A DNA stretch of 64,000 bases, taken from the NCBI GenBank assembly GCA_012295275.1, contig CM022679.1, forward strand, positions 23,436,001-23,500,000, read 5' to 3'. The stretch is from Chrysomallon squamiferum (taxonomy: Eukaryota > Animalia > Mollusca). The translations under genes were made by a program, and so were the position numbers. The number at the start of each line of letters is the position of its first letter. Position 1 is the stretch's first letter. The notes under the pieces were generated by a model that was not told the origin of the DNA, ran no database searches, and saw nothing but the letters and a program-made list of their open reading frames with translations. Shown piece after piece: positions 29,401 through 42,542 of this stretch.

Positions 29401-30483
29401 TAAATGCGTATAAACCTATTTATACTGTAGAATCAGTTTATCAGAAATAATTTTGAAAAATTTTGGCTGAATTTTTCTATTTTTAATTCATTAATTTAAG
29501 TGAAGAATTAATAAAATTCTGTTTAACCATTTTCAAAAAAAAAATAAACAAAAAAAAATGCTCAATAACCCTCACCACCACCACTCACCACTCCCCACCC
29601 CACCCAAAAAAAAAAAATAATAATAATAATAATACGAAAAATAAATTAAACATCACGATTAAGATATATTATTTTTTTTTTAATAACCTTTCGTTTCGTT
29701 TCATTTCGTTTCAATATTTCAACAGAACTCATTAGAATACTGGCACTTTGCGGCCACCGACTTCCGACTTCCTGCCTGTTCCACCCTGCGCCATATTGTT
29801 TTTAAATCTGAAATGGAAGATGCAGACCAGTCCGGAAATTTACCGGAAATAACGTCACCCGAAATTAATGAGATTTAGCGCGCGCCTCCCATGCACTGCC
29901 ACGTTCTTAACGCTCCGGTGAAGATGATCGCCATTCGAGTTTTCCGCCAGAATTACAGGCCCGTGCTCAACCCAGCTCCTAGCGGAGAGGTCTGGCAAAT
30001 GGTGAGTCAGAGCTCGGGTTAGAGAAGATTTCTGTGACTGTAAATCAAAACTCAGCGATAAACTGATTACGTTTTCGCCCCTCTCATTTTGTCGGCTGCG
30101 AGATCGAATCTCCGTTCAGGGGGTTTCGTGCCTAAATTAAAGTGTAAGATGTGTTTTTTTTTTTTTTTCAAGAAAGAATGTTCTAAAATTGTCATGATGA
30201 CGATGATGATGATGAAGATTAAAGGTAGTAGTAGTTGCAGAAGAAGGAGGAGCAGCAGGAGGTGTAGTAGTGGTAGTAGTGTAACCAAAAACAGTAATAT
30301 TAGTTGTACACGTCGTTATAGATGTAATAGAAGCATTGTAACGATATCCGTTTTGTTCATTTTTAAATTAACTGAATAAATCCCTTAAATGCGAAAGATT
30401 TTTTTTTTTTTTTTTTATGTTTATCGCTAAACATTTTCTCGTTTTCTTTTCGTTTTATATTATTATTTTATTTTATTTTATTT

Positions 30484-30520
<37 letters not shown>

Positions 30521-31275
30521 ATTTTATTTTATTTTTTTTTTATTATTTTTTTTTTTTTTTTTTTTTTTTTGTCTTCTACTTTTAAGTCATAAATGTTTCT
30601 CGTAAAACATTCTCACGTTTGTTTTTTCCCATGTTTCTGATTACACATTTTTACTAAGATGAATGGATATAAAACTCCGTAAAGCAGTGACCTTTGTAAA
30701 CATCACACTAAATCAAACACGACACGAATAAAAACGTTGAATTGTAGAGTTCCGTATTGACAGGGGTCGTAAAGAGCTCTTCTCAAACCTGCTAGATCGA
30801 TCTTCCTCTTAAGTTTTTATTCTTCTGTTTCGTCATTATCATCACCATTTTCTTATTATTACTCTGGGATGTTTTTTTTTTCTTTTTCTTCTGTTTATTT
30901 TTTATTTACATTTTTCTTTTTCTTCTGTCTCTTCTACATGGGTCCGTCTAGCTATATCCCGTTCTAAACTGAGCTCTGCGACTAATTCGGTCATTGATTT
31001 TTTTTTTTTTTTTGGGGGTTACATATTAATTGCAAAAATTATTAAATTCAAAATATTTATACGGATTACAAGTACCAATTTGCTTCTGTTTGCTTAAAAA
31101 AAAAAAAATAATAATAAATAATTAACAGTAATAATAATAAAATTAATAAAAACAATAACAACAATAATAATTTTAATTAAATATATTTGAATATAATTCG
31201 TCTGTTATATATTGTATTAAACGATTAGATTAATATATTAATACAGCGGAAGGTTTATAAAAAAAAAAAAAAAGC

Positions 31276-31309
<34 letters not shown>

Positions 31310-31946
31310 TTTCAAAAAAGACGAAAGAAAAAATACTAACGTCATACGTTGACTCAGTCATTAAGGGGTTTTTGCTTATGACATTTTTAATTTTCGGTTA
31401 GTGTTGTTTTCAACGAAATACACTGATGGAAGAATATTCCAGTTTTAATGATGGTGGTTTTATATTCGCAAATCGATGCTAATTTTTTAATGTTATTTTG
31501 TTGTAACTCTTCTATTTATTTATGTTGATAATATATTATTTATACGTGTATTGTCGGATGATAGCACTTAAATTTTCCGCTGTTAATAATTAGCCACACT
31601 TTCAAAACCAGTCGAACTGGGAAAAATTTTCGCTCATTGTCTAGCATAAGAAAATATATCATTCCACGATACCACGATACCGATAAATAAGTAAATAAAT
31701 AAATAAGATAAAACCAAAAAAAATTAAATAATAAAAAATATAAACAAATAAATAAATGTGCTTTTATTATACATGATGAGAAATGCATAGCGTTATGAAA
31801 TATTTACTGTTAACCTCTGATCTTATATCATAAACATATAAAACAGCTTTGACTCGAAATCTTCTACTATGCTTGAACTGTTTTTCAATAAGAAAAATAT
31901 TTACTTACAATATAAATCTTTGAGTGACAGCTGTAAAATTTGCATG

Positions 31947-31978
<32 letters not shown>

Positions 31979-32908
31979 CCTGTTGAACACGCCATATCAA
32001 CCATTCTCAAACCTCTCTTTACAATGTTTTGAAAAACAATAAAATGGGAAAACAAAACATAGCCGCACAGACGATTCTTAACTTTTAGATTCTTTAATAA
32101 ACACGATACATATATCCAACCTCTGTGAATAGCGTCCATTGTCTATAAATATGGGAAATTATAGGCATGCATGGCATCACAGACAGTACACGCGAATGGC
32201 CAAAATTCGAGTAAATGCTTTGTGTTTTTCTTTTCACTTTATTTCTGTTTGTGTCACAGAAGTTGAAAGCAAAGAGAAAATGGCAGTCTGCTGCCTTCTT
32301 CTTCTCTGATTTCTTATTTTTACTGTTATATAATTTTTAATTAATAAAGTTTTAAGAACTAATCAACGTGCCACATGCATTGATTCAGAATGTATGTACG
32401 ATATTTATTCATGTCATCTCCGCTACGTTTTGATGTAGACATTATTCATCGTCTTTTCTTAATCCTTTTTTAATTTGCACACTCGGTCACCCAGATTGAG
32501 TGCTAATACCAGTTTCCGTGTCACCGATACAAAAAAACTGTCAAATCAGAAGAAAACTAAAATTTCACTGTATCGATCCAGCCTCTACCTGCAGCTGTTG
32601 TGTCGCGATATTTATAATAACTGTATCCTACACTGAACGCTTATTTCTGAATGTAGCCTTGTTTACCTTACACACACGGGTTTTTCACCTTGATCTCCTG
32701 ACACCCGCCTTTTTGGCCAGTTGCGTATTTAATCGAACCATTTCAAGAAAGATTTTTAAACGCATTTTATTACGTATCACGTAAAAAAGAGTTGCTGAGG
32801 TCATTTCTGAGATACAACGTTCTGGATGCTGTGACGAGTAATTAGAAGTGATTTCGCTTTGAATACGATTAAAGCAGAGATTTTTGTTTTGTTTTTTTTC
32901 ACAACAAA

Positions 32909-33143
32909 ATGGCTAGAATCTCCGAGCGAAGTGCTGTCTATCTTGTTGGATTTTCCGTGGTCGGGGTTGGAATTATTATTTTCGTCATTGGCTTCGCCAC
33001 TCCCAACTGGGTTGAGAGTTCGTTCGTTTCACAGCGACGAAGCATGTTTGGGTCGTTGTCGATGACGTCGACGTTGGGGCTGTGGCAGGCGTGCACAGGG
33101 ACCATGGGGATCTCGACGTGCTTCCAGTTCATCCATACAAGTT
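32909..33143 (+). CDS. Claudin/PMP22/EMP/MP20 family tetraspan protein, exon 1
   Basis: ATG in CAAAATGG context; TM1 VYLVGFSVVGVGIIIFVIGFA; family signature TPNW...GLWQAC-x8-C; phase-1 donor T|GTGAGT at 33143/33144. Confidence 0.92.
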
Positions 33144-33279
33144 GTGAGTTTTTCATAGAAATCCTTTTTTTATCATTTTTTGTATCATTTTTATTTTCAT
33201 TTATTTTTATTTTTATGTTTATTTTTATTTTTTTTTTTTATTTTTATTTTTATTTTTATTTTTTTTATTTTTATTTTTA

Positions 33280-33310
<31 letters not shown>

Positions 33311-33719
33311 TTGTTTTTGTTGTTGTTGTTGTTTTGTTTTTGCATTTTCTTACTTTTCTGAATCTTATGTCTACTGATTGGTAGACTTACTGCTTTGATA
33401 TGTGGACCATGCCACTAATTTAAGAATTGTATTGCTAATTTGAGAATTTTACTGTTCTTCAGATATGGACTTTACTTGTTTCGTGTTATAAATTTCACTG
33501 CTTTACTGCTCTGTAAAAAAAGAAAAAAGGTTTTTTGGTTATTGTTTTTGTGGTTGTTGTTTGTTTCTGTATATAATTGCTATTAAATTCTTTACCTTAC
33601 TTCTCTAACTGTTTCAGTTTTGTATATCCTTAATAATTCAGATTTATAGTATATATATAGCTACTCTTGATATTAAATTTTACTACTTTTAAGTTATAGA
33701 TAGAAATAAAGAATTTTTC

Positions 33720-33750
<31 letters not shown>

Positions 33751-35351
33751 AAATTATTATTTGTAAGTTAATTTATTAAAAATTCTCAAAACATTTTCGA
33801 GTTAACATAATAACAATGCTGTGAAATTTGCACGTGCAGCGAAAGAAATTTCGACTTAAGAGTAATTGTTTAAAAAACCCAACTAAACAACATATCAGTG
33901 ATGTTTGGAAAATACTAAAACAGCGAGTTGGCATAAAACAACAAATCCGAAAATAAAATAAATCCCACAAGTCCATAATAAAATTCTCGAAAATATATTC
34001 TACACAACAAATGACATTTTATTATAGCACTGTCTAACGTGAAATTCCATCAAAAACCTTGCAAGCAGCACAAGACTTTGTTAATTCACTCGTATTGACT
34101 GACACTTTCTCGCTACCTAGTTTATAGTTTATTTGCATGTTTCACAGCGAAGGAAACCAGACCAGTGACCTGCACTGAATGAACGAATTCTTTAAAACGA
34201 AGTCAACATGCCTTAATATGTACAGTTATTTTTAAACTGCTTTCTTGATAGAATGATGATATGAAAATGTAAACCCTGTGTCGGTACATTATGAAATGCT
34301 GTAATTGTTTACTGTAACGGATCTTTCTTGTTCATCCTGAAAAATTCGTTACATGCTCTTTAATAAGCGAATTGTGTGGGTATTAGCTGAATGACCTTGG
34401 AAGACATATTGATTTTTTTGACTGGTTGTTAATATATGAAAATGTTTTCCAGCGATATCGACACTTTTGGTTGATCTTGCTAATTAGAAAAAACAAACTA
34501 TATGTATTGTCGTTCTGTTTCCAATTACGATTCAAGCACACGCAGAAACAGTCCATCACAGCAAAATATATTATTCTCTCAGAAATACTATTAATTTTTA
34601 TATAGATAATTATTATATTTTTGAAAAAAAATATTTTATATAAAAAAAAAAACATATTAAAAAAATAAAAATAAAATATTAAAAATCGTTTAAAATACTA
34701 AATGTTTATGACGAGTTAATAAATTAGGAAAATATGATTATACATTATCAAAGATTTTTTAATCTAGATCACTTCCGTTTCATTATAAGTATGTAAGTTT
34801 CGTTTAATTAGAATGACATTCTGAGGTTATTTTGACTTCACTGCTGATCGATCTGTCAATGTTTCCGTGAGATATCGATACTGTTCATTAGTCTTGTAAT
34901 ATATCTACAGGTACACGAGAAGGAAATCTATAACTGACTTTAGTGCTGTTGGTACAGAATGAGCGTGTGATTAATTACTTGGTTCAGGTCTAATGACTTT
35001 TACTGGCTATAAGACTTCAGTTTGAAATTACTGAATAAAAGTTTTTTTTTTTAGAATTAAATTTTGATGATGCTTTTTTTTATGAAAGGGTCAATAATGT
35101 TCGAGGAAAAATTGATTTAGAAACGAAATGAAAAAAGTAGAGAATTTTTTTTCTCTTAATATGTATTTGATTGTGTGTACCTCTCTCTCTTTCTCTCTCA
35201 CCATCTCTCTTTTCTCTCTCTTCATCTTTCCACATATTTTTCTTTCTCTCCATCTATATTTCTCTCTCCATCTTTCTCCATCTCTGTCTCTCTCCATCTA
35301 TCTCTCTCTCTTTCTCTTTCTCTCTCTCTCGCTCTCTCGCTCTCTCTTTTC

Positions 35352-35435
<84 letters not shown>

Positions 35436-35553
35436 AGATGATATCAAGACTCTTCCTAACATCCCTTTGAAAATAAAAACGTGTGATTTCTACACAAACA
35501 GAAAACTCAGCTTGTGAACAAACAAATGAAACAACGTCTAATTTCTGTTGCAG

Positions 35554-35706
35554 TTGTTCACGACATGGTGCGCGCTCTCGAGTGCATTGCGATCGTCCTG
35601 CTGGCAGGTTTCGCTTTCATCGCCGTCGTCAACAACTTCACCACCCTCACTGACAGAAACACCGTCTGGTTCAACCGCCTGCTGACGTTCCTTGGAATCA
35701 CTGGTG
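35554..35706 (+). CDS. Claudin/PMP22 family protein, exon 2
   Basis: Branch-like CTAAT plus TTTCTGTTGCAG acceptor, phase-compatible with exon 1. Encodes VRALECIAIVLLAGFAFIAVV (TM2) and the start of TM3; phase-1 donor G|GTACGT. Confidence 0.9.
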
Positions 35707-35987
35707 GTACGTGGTGCCCTGCTATTTTTCATATATATAATACTTTTATATTAACGCTGCATGTAGCTTGCTATCGGTTCTAAATACACAGTTTCAATAA
35801 CGTTGTTTAATGTAGGGCTTTTTGTTATTTCTTTATATTACAGTTTTCGAAACGAGTTATGTAATGCTCTTCATATACTTTCATTAACGCGTCATACAGA
35901 GTCCTATTATTTTCTGAATATACTCTTTCCCTAATAGAATATGTAATAAACTGGGGTTTTTCATAGAAACTTTCAATAATGTATAAC

Positions 35988-36126
35988 TATATAGATGTAG
36001 ATCGATACATAGATGTAGATAAACAGATAGATAGATAGATAGTGAGATAGACAGACAGATAGATAGATAGTGAGATAGACAGATAGATAGATAGATAGAC
36101 AAACAGATAGACAGACAGACAGATAA

Positions 36127-36158
<32 letters not shown>

Positions 36159-36164
36159 TGAGAG

Positions 36165-36199
<35 letters not shown>

Positions 36200-36349
36200 T
36201 AGATAGATAGATAGATAGTGAGAGATATATATAGATAGATAGACAGACAAACAGACAGACAAACAGATAGATAGATAGACAAACAAATAGATATAACTAG
36301 ATATATATAATATAGATATATAAATATACAGATTATATAGATACAGATA
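35988..36349. repeat. (GATA/GACA)n tetranucleotide compound microsatellite in claudin intron 2
   Basis: Visible tandem GATA/GACA arrays. Confidence 0.95.
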
Positions 36350-36392
36350 CAGGTACCGAACCATAAATCCGGAAAATCCAGAAAACCGGCAA

Positions 36393-36437
<45 letters not shown>

Positions 36438-36871
36438 GAGTGACTACTTTTAAATTAGTCAGGCTGTAAGTCGCCACTTGCTGCATTAGTCGTTTCCCTG
36501 ACGTACACGTTGAACGGTTTAAGTGAGACTGTTTCTGTGTAGAGGTAAATCTCTCACAGAAGTCATTATAACTGTCAAATTAAATTATGTTCTTTAGTTT
36601 TCATCTGATATATTATACACATGATATTGTAAGAAATTCAAGAGTTTTAAGAAGTGTATATTAATTTGTACAGATATCGTTTAAATAAAATTATGTTCTT
36701 TTCTTTTCTTCGTTTTCTTTTCATCCTATTTATTATAGGTCATATTCTATACAGGTAACTTAAGAGATTTGTAATGGATCAAAAAAAGAGGTGTATATTT
36801 AGTATGTGTCTAGAAATGCGGGTAATCCAGAAATCCGGAGCAAGCTTGCCGGATAAATGATTCGATACCTG
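36350..36871. mobile_element. Non-autonomous DNA transposon (MITE), Tc1/mariner-pogo-like, in claudin intron 2
   Basis: Terminal inverted repeats of ~26 bp: CAGGTACCGAACCATAAATCCGGAAA versus reverse complement CAGGTATCGAATCATTTATCCGGCAA. The left flank is TA and the right flank TC (a decayed TA TSD). AATCCAGAAA-CCGG recurs subterminally. Confidence 0.75.
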
Positions 36872-36911
36872 TCTAGATATAGATATTCATTCTGTTGTTT
36901 ATTTCTTGTAG

Positions 36912-37225
36912 GTCTGATAGGAATAATAGGCGCTGTTGTGTTCGTCACGGCTGGCTACTCAATGGAACCGTCTTGGAGCTTTGGTCTTGTGGTCAGCGGC
37001 TGCTGTCTTGTTGTCATAGGAACAATCATGATGGCGTGTTCGGTTACCTCCCTTTCCGGCAGTTACCCAGGAAACAGGAGAGTGCTGTATCAAACCTCGC
37101 AGTACCCAGTTTCAGCCAATCAGCCTCAAGTACATGTCGTCTCCTCGGGCAACCAATGGAATCAACCAGGACAAAATTTCGCAGGTGTTCAAAGTTATTA
37201 CGTGTCAGGCCCAGCCACTGGTTAA
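36912..37225 (+). CDS. Claudin/PMP22 family protein, exon 3 (TM3 end, TM4, Q/P/N-rich tail)
   Basis: Acceptor TTTCTTGTAG, phase-compatible. Encodes GLIGIIGAVVF..SWSFGLVVSGCCLVVIGTIMM and stop TAA at 37223-37225. The spliced CDS is 702 nt = 233 aa. Confidence 0.9.
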
Positions 37226-37381
37226 AATAATTTTTACGTTTTATCGTTGGAAACGCGAAGTTATCATGCCTTGCACAAATATTTCTCTTTCTTACTTATA
37301 TTCGTAAGAATATATCTAAGTGTATGTAGATTATTTAATATGCAGACTGCAGCAGCTTGTGATTTAAGGTCATTAAACAAA

Positions 37382-37387
37382 AATAAA
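37382..37387 (+). terminator. Candidate polyadenylation signal of the claudin-like gene
   Basis: First AATAAA after the stop codon; further copies lie downstream, so usage is uncertain. Confidence 0.3.
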
Positions 37388-40300
37388 ACAAAACAAATCT
37401 ACCGGACAGTGATAGGTGTATTTATGTGTTTTAAACAGAGGTAGGTATTGAAACAACAAGAACTATTTCTACTGTTACAAATGAATTATCACACAAATAA
37501 TCAAACTGTTACAAATAGAAGAATCCGAGGTTCTAAGTTCGTAATCCATTACTAAGTGGATGTGTGGAACTTTGTTTTTCTTGCTTTTCTTTTTTGTTTT
37601 TTTTTTCTATAACCTCGTTAACTAAAATTGTTAACAGTTAATAATTATTCATCTTTGCTGTTGTCCTGAGTATTTTAATACTGAGTTATTACTACTAACG
37701 TATGACAATGGCAATTATATAACCCTCGAACACATTATTAGATTTAGTATGGGCAACGCAAAATGACATTTCATATACAAATACTATTTTTAGATGTGTA
37801 TCAAAATTTTAGTTATAGCGATACTAATAATAAAGAGCGGAGGCTTCCAGGAATTAATCGAAAGGTTGTCTTTACAAAATAATTCTGATTTAAATTTCAA
37901 TCATTTCCATTTAAACTCAGTGCTGTTTCTCATCAATTAAAGAAAAAAATGAAAGAAAAAAACAAAACAATGAGTTACTATTTTAAAATAAAAAACATAC
38001 AAATAACAAATCATAATTATTCGAGACTTAATTCGTATTGCTCAAATTAATATATTCAAATTTAGGATCGTTCGAATTTATAATGTGGACAATTACTATC
38101 TTAATTTATTTCTGTAAAAGCTGTTTATTTATTTATTTATTTATTTGCGAAGTGTTTAACTTATTTTATCGTCTGTCTTTCAAGATGAAAGTTTATTGAT
38201 TATCAGCCTACATAATATCTGCGCATGTGCTTACCTATTTATTTACATGCATATTTTTCCTGTTTTATTTTATTTTTTAATTACTGTTATCATCATCATC
38301 ATCATCATCGTATTTATTATTATTTATATATTGTTGTTGTTGTTGTTGTTGCTGAATCCATGTTTAGTGTTACAAAATATTTTTAATGGTACAAAAATAC
38401 CTTTTGTGACATAACAAAATAATTTCTTGAAAATGTATGTAATATATTACTCAGTCATTCATTAATGATGCCAGTTACTTTAAATCATATTAATATTATT
38501 ATTATTTATTGCCGTTATTATTACTGTTAATAATCTCATCTTTTTATAATTTATTATCATAAAAAAAAAAATGAAAAACATACTCCATTAACGAATTGTT
38601 GTTTTCTTTTGATTAAAACTGTATTAGGACTTAATGTATCATAACAACCTTTGCTGATAATAAAGTATAAAAATGAAATAATTATATTCGCGAGGTTTCG
38701 CCATTGTGTTTTATTTTAGCATTGCGTGTGCGGTGTGAATTTTGTATTTTCTTGTAAATGTTAATAAAGAGAAACTTTTTATAGTTATAACAGAACGAAA
38801 ACAGTTTCTAGTCATTTACTTATGGATAGATTATGATAGAAGAAGAAGACGAAGAAGAAGAACTAAAGAAAGAAAGACAAATATACAAATCAAATATTAT
38901 CGCCCGGTTACTTCTAAGTACAAAATTTCTTTTCTGCCTGAGTCTCCAAATATAATTCACTGATTCTTGCAATAATTTTCGTTTAATTTTGTTTTAGAAT
39001 TATAAATAAATAAGGCAAAAACAACTGGACGTGCCATAATTATTCTGGAATTTTAGCTACTATTGTATATAAATGTTATCAAGCTGAATAAGAAGTTGAC
39101 AAATCTTGTATAAAATGTAATGAGGATAAAACGGACTATCTATGTACTTCAGTTTGAATCAGTTTTTCTATCTATTGGTCTATGTGCGAACTTAGGTATA
39201 ATGCATTGAGTAAGAGTATCAATGAATGAATGAATATAGATTTAAATAAACCAGTACTCATTTTAATTTAAGAATCATTATATACCAGTTATATTTTTTC
39301 TTTTTTTATAATTTTATTTTAATTTTTATATTTGATTCAATTGTTTGTTGTTTTTTTTTGTTTTGTTTTTTTGGTGGGGGGATATTTTTCTGTCTACGCT
39401 TTCTTACCCTCTCTGTACAAATGCGTATATTTTTTTAACGTGTATTTGTCTCGGTGTGTTTGTCAATGTTGAAAATCTCACTCAAATGGCCAACAGCCAA
39501 ATGGGCGTGTCACCCACCGCAGAGATTAGATCCGTCGACCCACCGGTGACAGATTCACAAACCCCTGGCTATTGATGCAAGCGGTGAGAAAAGATCAGTT
39601 TCAGACACTCGGAACCCAGTTAAAAAGCAGTTTGTTTATGTTTGTGATACTGATCTCCTCCACCCAGTCGTAATGATCCGATCTGCGCAGCATACAGAAG
39701 CACAAAAGACAACAACACAAAGAAGATTTGATAAATTAATCATCTATTATGTACAAATATATATATATATACACATACATACATACATACATACAGACGT
39801 ATATCTCTCATCACATTTCTGACACGATACTTCTTTACAAAAACAGTTTAGATGTGAAGATTAAGTAAATTTACACACATACAAAAACATGCGCAGTTAT
39901 GTACATATACTAATATACATACCACTATAATAATAATATATGCAAGATACACAGTTCAACATAATGATTTGACTTTGTAAGATAGTTTTCGAGAATAACA
40001 GCAGAAATTGCATTAAGTTGATATCGTGAAGAATGGCGATTCGTTTAGTGTTCGATAACGCTACCTATTTACAAAAAAAGATTCTATTATTATCCTAAAT
40101 TTACAACATACAAGAAATAAAAATACCGACCCGTTTTGAGGTAGTTTTATAAGGCAACAAACGATTTATATAGTATTGTTTGTTTGTTATTGCTATTGTT
40201 TAAATTGAAAAGAAAGGAAAAGCAAAAAGGTAAAGAAATAAAAAGAAAAGAACCTTAAACAAATTATCAACATTTATTTGAAACCACTCCACTTCGATAT

Positions 40301-41268
40301 GAACTGGTATTCGGATATGTTCGTTAAAATTCGGGAAATGAAGTTTATCCATATGATTAAATTTCGTTCGTAGACATTTAAAAACAGTTTTAATTTATTT
40401 ACATATTAATCGTGGGCGTATCTATTTTTCACTCTATCTCTCCATCTCTATCGCTGTCTATGCAACAAACATTCAAGACGTGCGCGCGCACACACAAACA
40501 ACTAAAAAAAAAAATTAAATAATATAAATAATAAAGAAGAAGAAAAAAAGAGAAAAGAAACGACTAAAATTGCAAGCTGAATGAAAAGAGGGTGGCCTGG
40601 AACCCCCGTATTTTTACTACCAAAGATATCACGTTGTGTTAATCTGATATCATGGATTCTAAACATGAAAGACTTAGCTTGGTTATTAAATAACAACCGA
40701 TTAATCTTTAATGTGCTGAGGTGTTCATAAAAACTTAACATTTTTTTTTTTATCCCCCCGCGTCTTCATATTTTCTTTTTCAAATTCTTTCCCGCCACAA
40801 AGTGCTACGCAGACGACACAATCTCCCCATGAGATCACCGCAACCCCAAGGCGGGCTCGTTTTTATTACCTCTGTAGTAGGCCTGTTACAAAAAACCACC
40901 TGTTAATACCGCAATCACAGACGAAGAGCTGAGAAGGTCATGTGACTTATCCGGCCGATTAAAGTCAATTTAACAAGCCAGACTCAGCGTCGCTTCTGAC
41001 TGAGCAGCTCGTGTATATACTTTCACTCTAGTACATTTCCATTGTCGTCTGCTTTTATTGTACACAGCAGACGACGCGGCGATCTCCTTCTTTATTATTA
41101 TTTTTTTCTTCTTCTTCTCTCACACCAAAGTAATCTTTTCGCTTTAAAAATGTCATATGATTTGTAAAATTAGCCACTTTATACTGGACTGGCTATCTCA
41201 TTGAAGGTTTTTAAAAAAAACATGAATCGGGGAAATAAACGTTTATGAGAGAAAAGAGATCGCGGACG

Positions 41269-41299
<31 letters not shown>

Positions 41300-42138
41300 C
41301 TTCTCCTTCGTTTATTATTCGTTTTTATTAAGACTGAGGGCGGCCCGCGGATCAAGTGAGAGAGACTCGTGTTCTCGCACCTTACACTGTGCGAACGAGA
41401 CCTATTAACATACGTCTGTGCTTCGCAACTCAATTCGTCATAAGGATATCCTTCTTTCTTTTTTTTTTTTTTTTTTTTTTTTGAAAAAGAAGATTTCACA
41501 CATATCTAGATCCCTGTCGTGTGAAGTAGACGATTTATAATAAGATAACATGGGCGGCCACGTTGACAGGCTATTAACTTTAAAGGGATGCGATAAACCA
41601 CGGACTGTTTTGGATTTCCTCTAAATTTCATGTAGCCATATATATCTATATATATAGAGATATAAATAAAAAATAATAATAATAAATAAATAAAAAATAA
41701 AATCTAGGCTCTTCTGAATTATGTACTTGAAAAGATATAAAGTGTTAAGAAATGCGTTTTAGACGTTCTTAAAAATTGATAAAAGTTACTAAGAATATAT
41801 GGAAATATATTAATTAAATAAATATTGTTGAAATTAGCGATATATGGATTCGATCCTAGTATGTTTCGTCTTAAAATTCGTTAACTCAAATAATGTACGA
41901 CTGATACGTGCAGCTTCTTAAAAACCTACAACAGAACAAAGTGTAATTAACAAAACTGAAACAAAATGAACCAAAATGAACCAACAATACACAGAAGTTT
42001 CGAATATAAATGTACCCATCCAAAAAGAATGTATGAAAAATAATTTTAACATTTATTTAAAAGAAGAAAAAAAAATTATTTGTAAACTTCAGACATTTTT
42101 AATATTCTGATCGTCAGGTATGTTTTAGAATTCTGGTT

Positions 42139-42359
42139 CAGTGGCGAATCCAGAAGCTAAGAGGATCGATAGTTCATTACAGATATAATTAAATAAGATT
42201 TCTTTGTCGATTATTTTTGTTTTATTATTATTTTTTTTTTTTTAATTACTATTTACTTAATTAAATTAAAATCGAAATGCAACAATTATGGTTTACTTTT
42301 TCAAGTAATTCAGTTTATTGGTGAAAATGACATGACTGCCTATTCCAAACCCGCCACTT
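42139..42359. mobile_element. Degenerate CAGTGGCG-type MITE downstream of noggin
   Basis: Left end CAGTGGCGAATCCAGAA; right end TTCCAAACCCGCCACTT (reverse complement AAGTGGCGGGTTTGGAA). No clear TSD. Confidence 0.4.
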
Positions 42360-42417
42360 TCCAGCAATAAAAAGTACAAGACAGGACTGATTTCAATTGT
42401 GAAAGATATTAAAACTT

Positions 42418-42497
<80 letters not shown>

Positions 42498-42508
42498 ACA
42501 CACACACA

Positions 42509-42542
<34 letters not shown>

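Noticed and set aside
29813-30001. Upstream exon of the claudin gene using the GTGAGT at 30002
   Set aside because: There is no AG acceptor after the pyrimidine tract preceding ATG 32909, so a link to that gene is unsupported. It is retained only as an enhancer candidate.
33144-33361. Hydrophobic F/Y/I-rich continuation of the 150-aa ORF
   Set aside because: This is read-through into T-rich intron 1; a consensus donor at 33144 joins in frame to exon 2.
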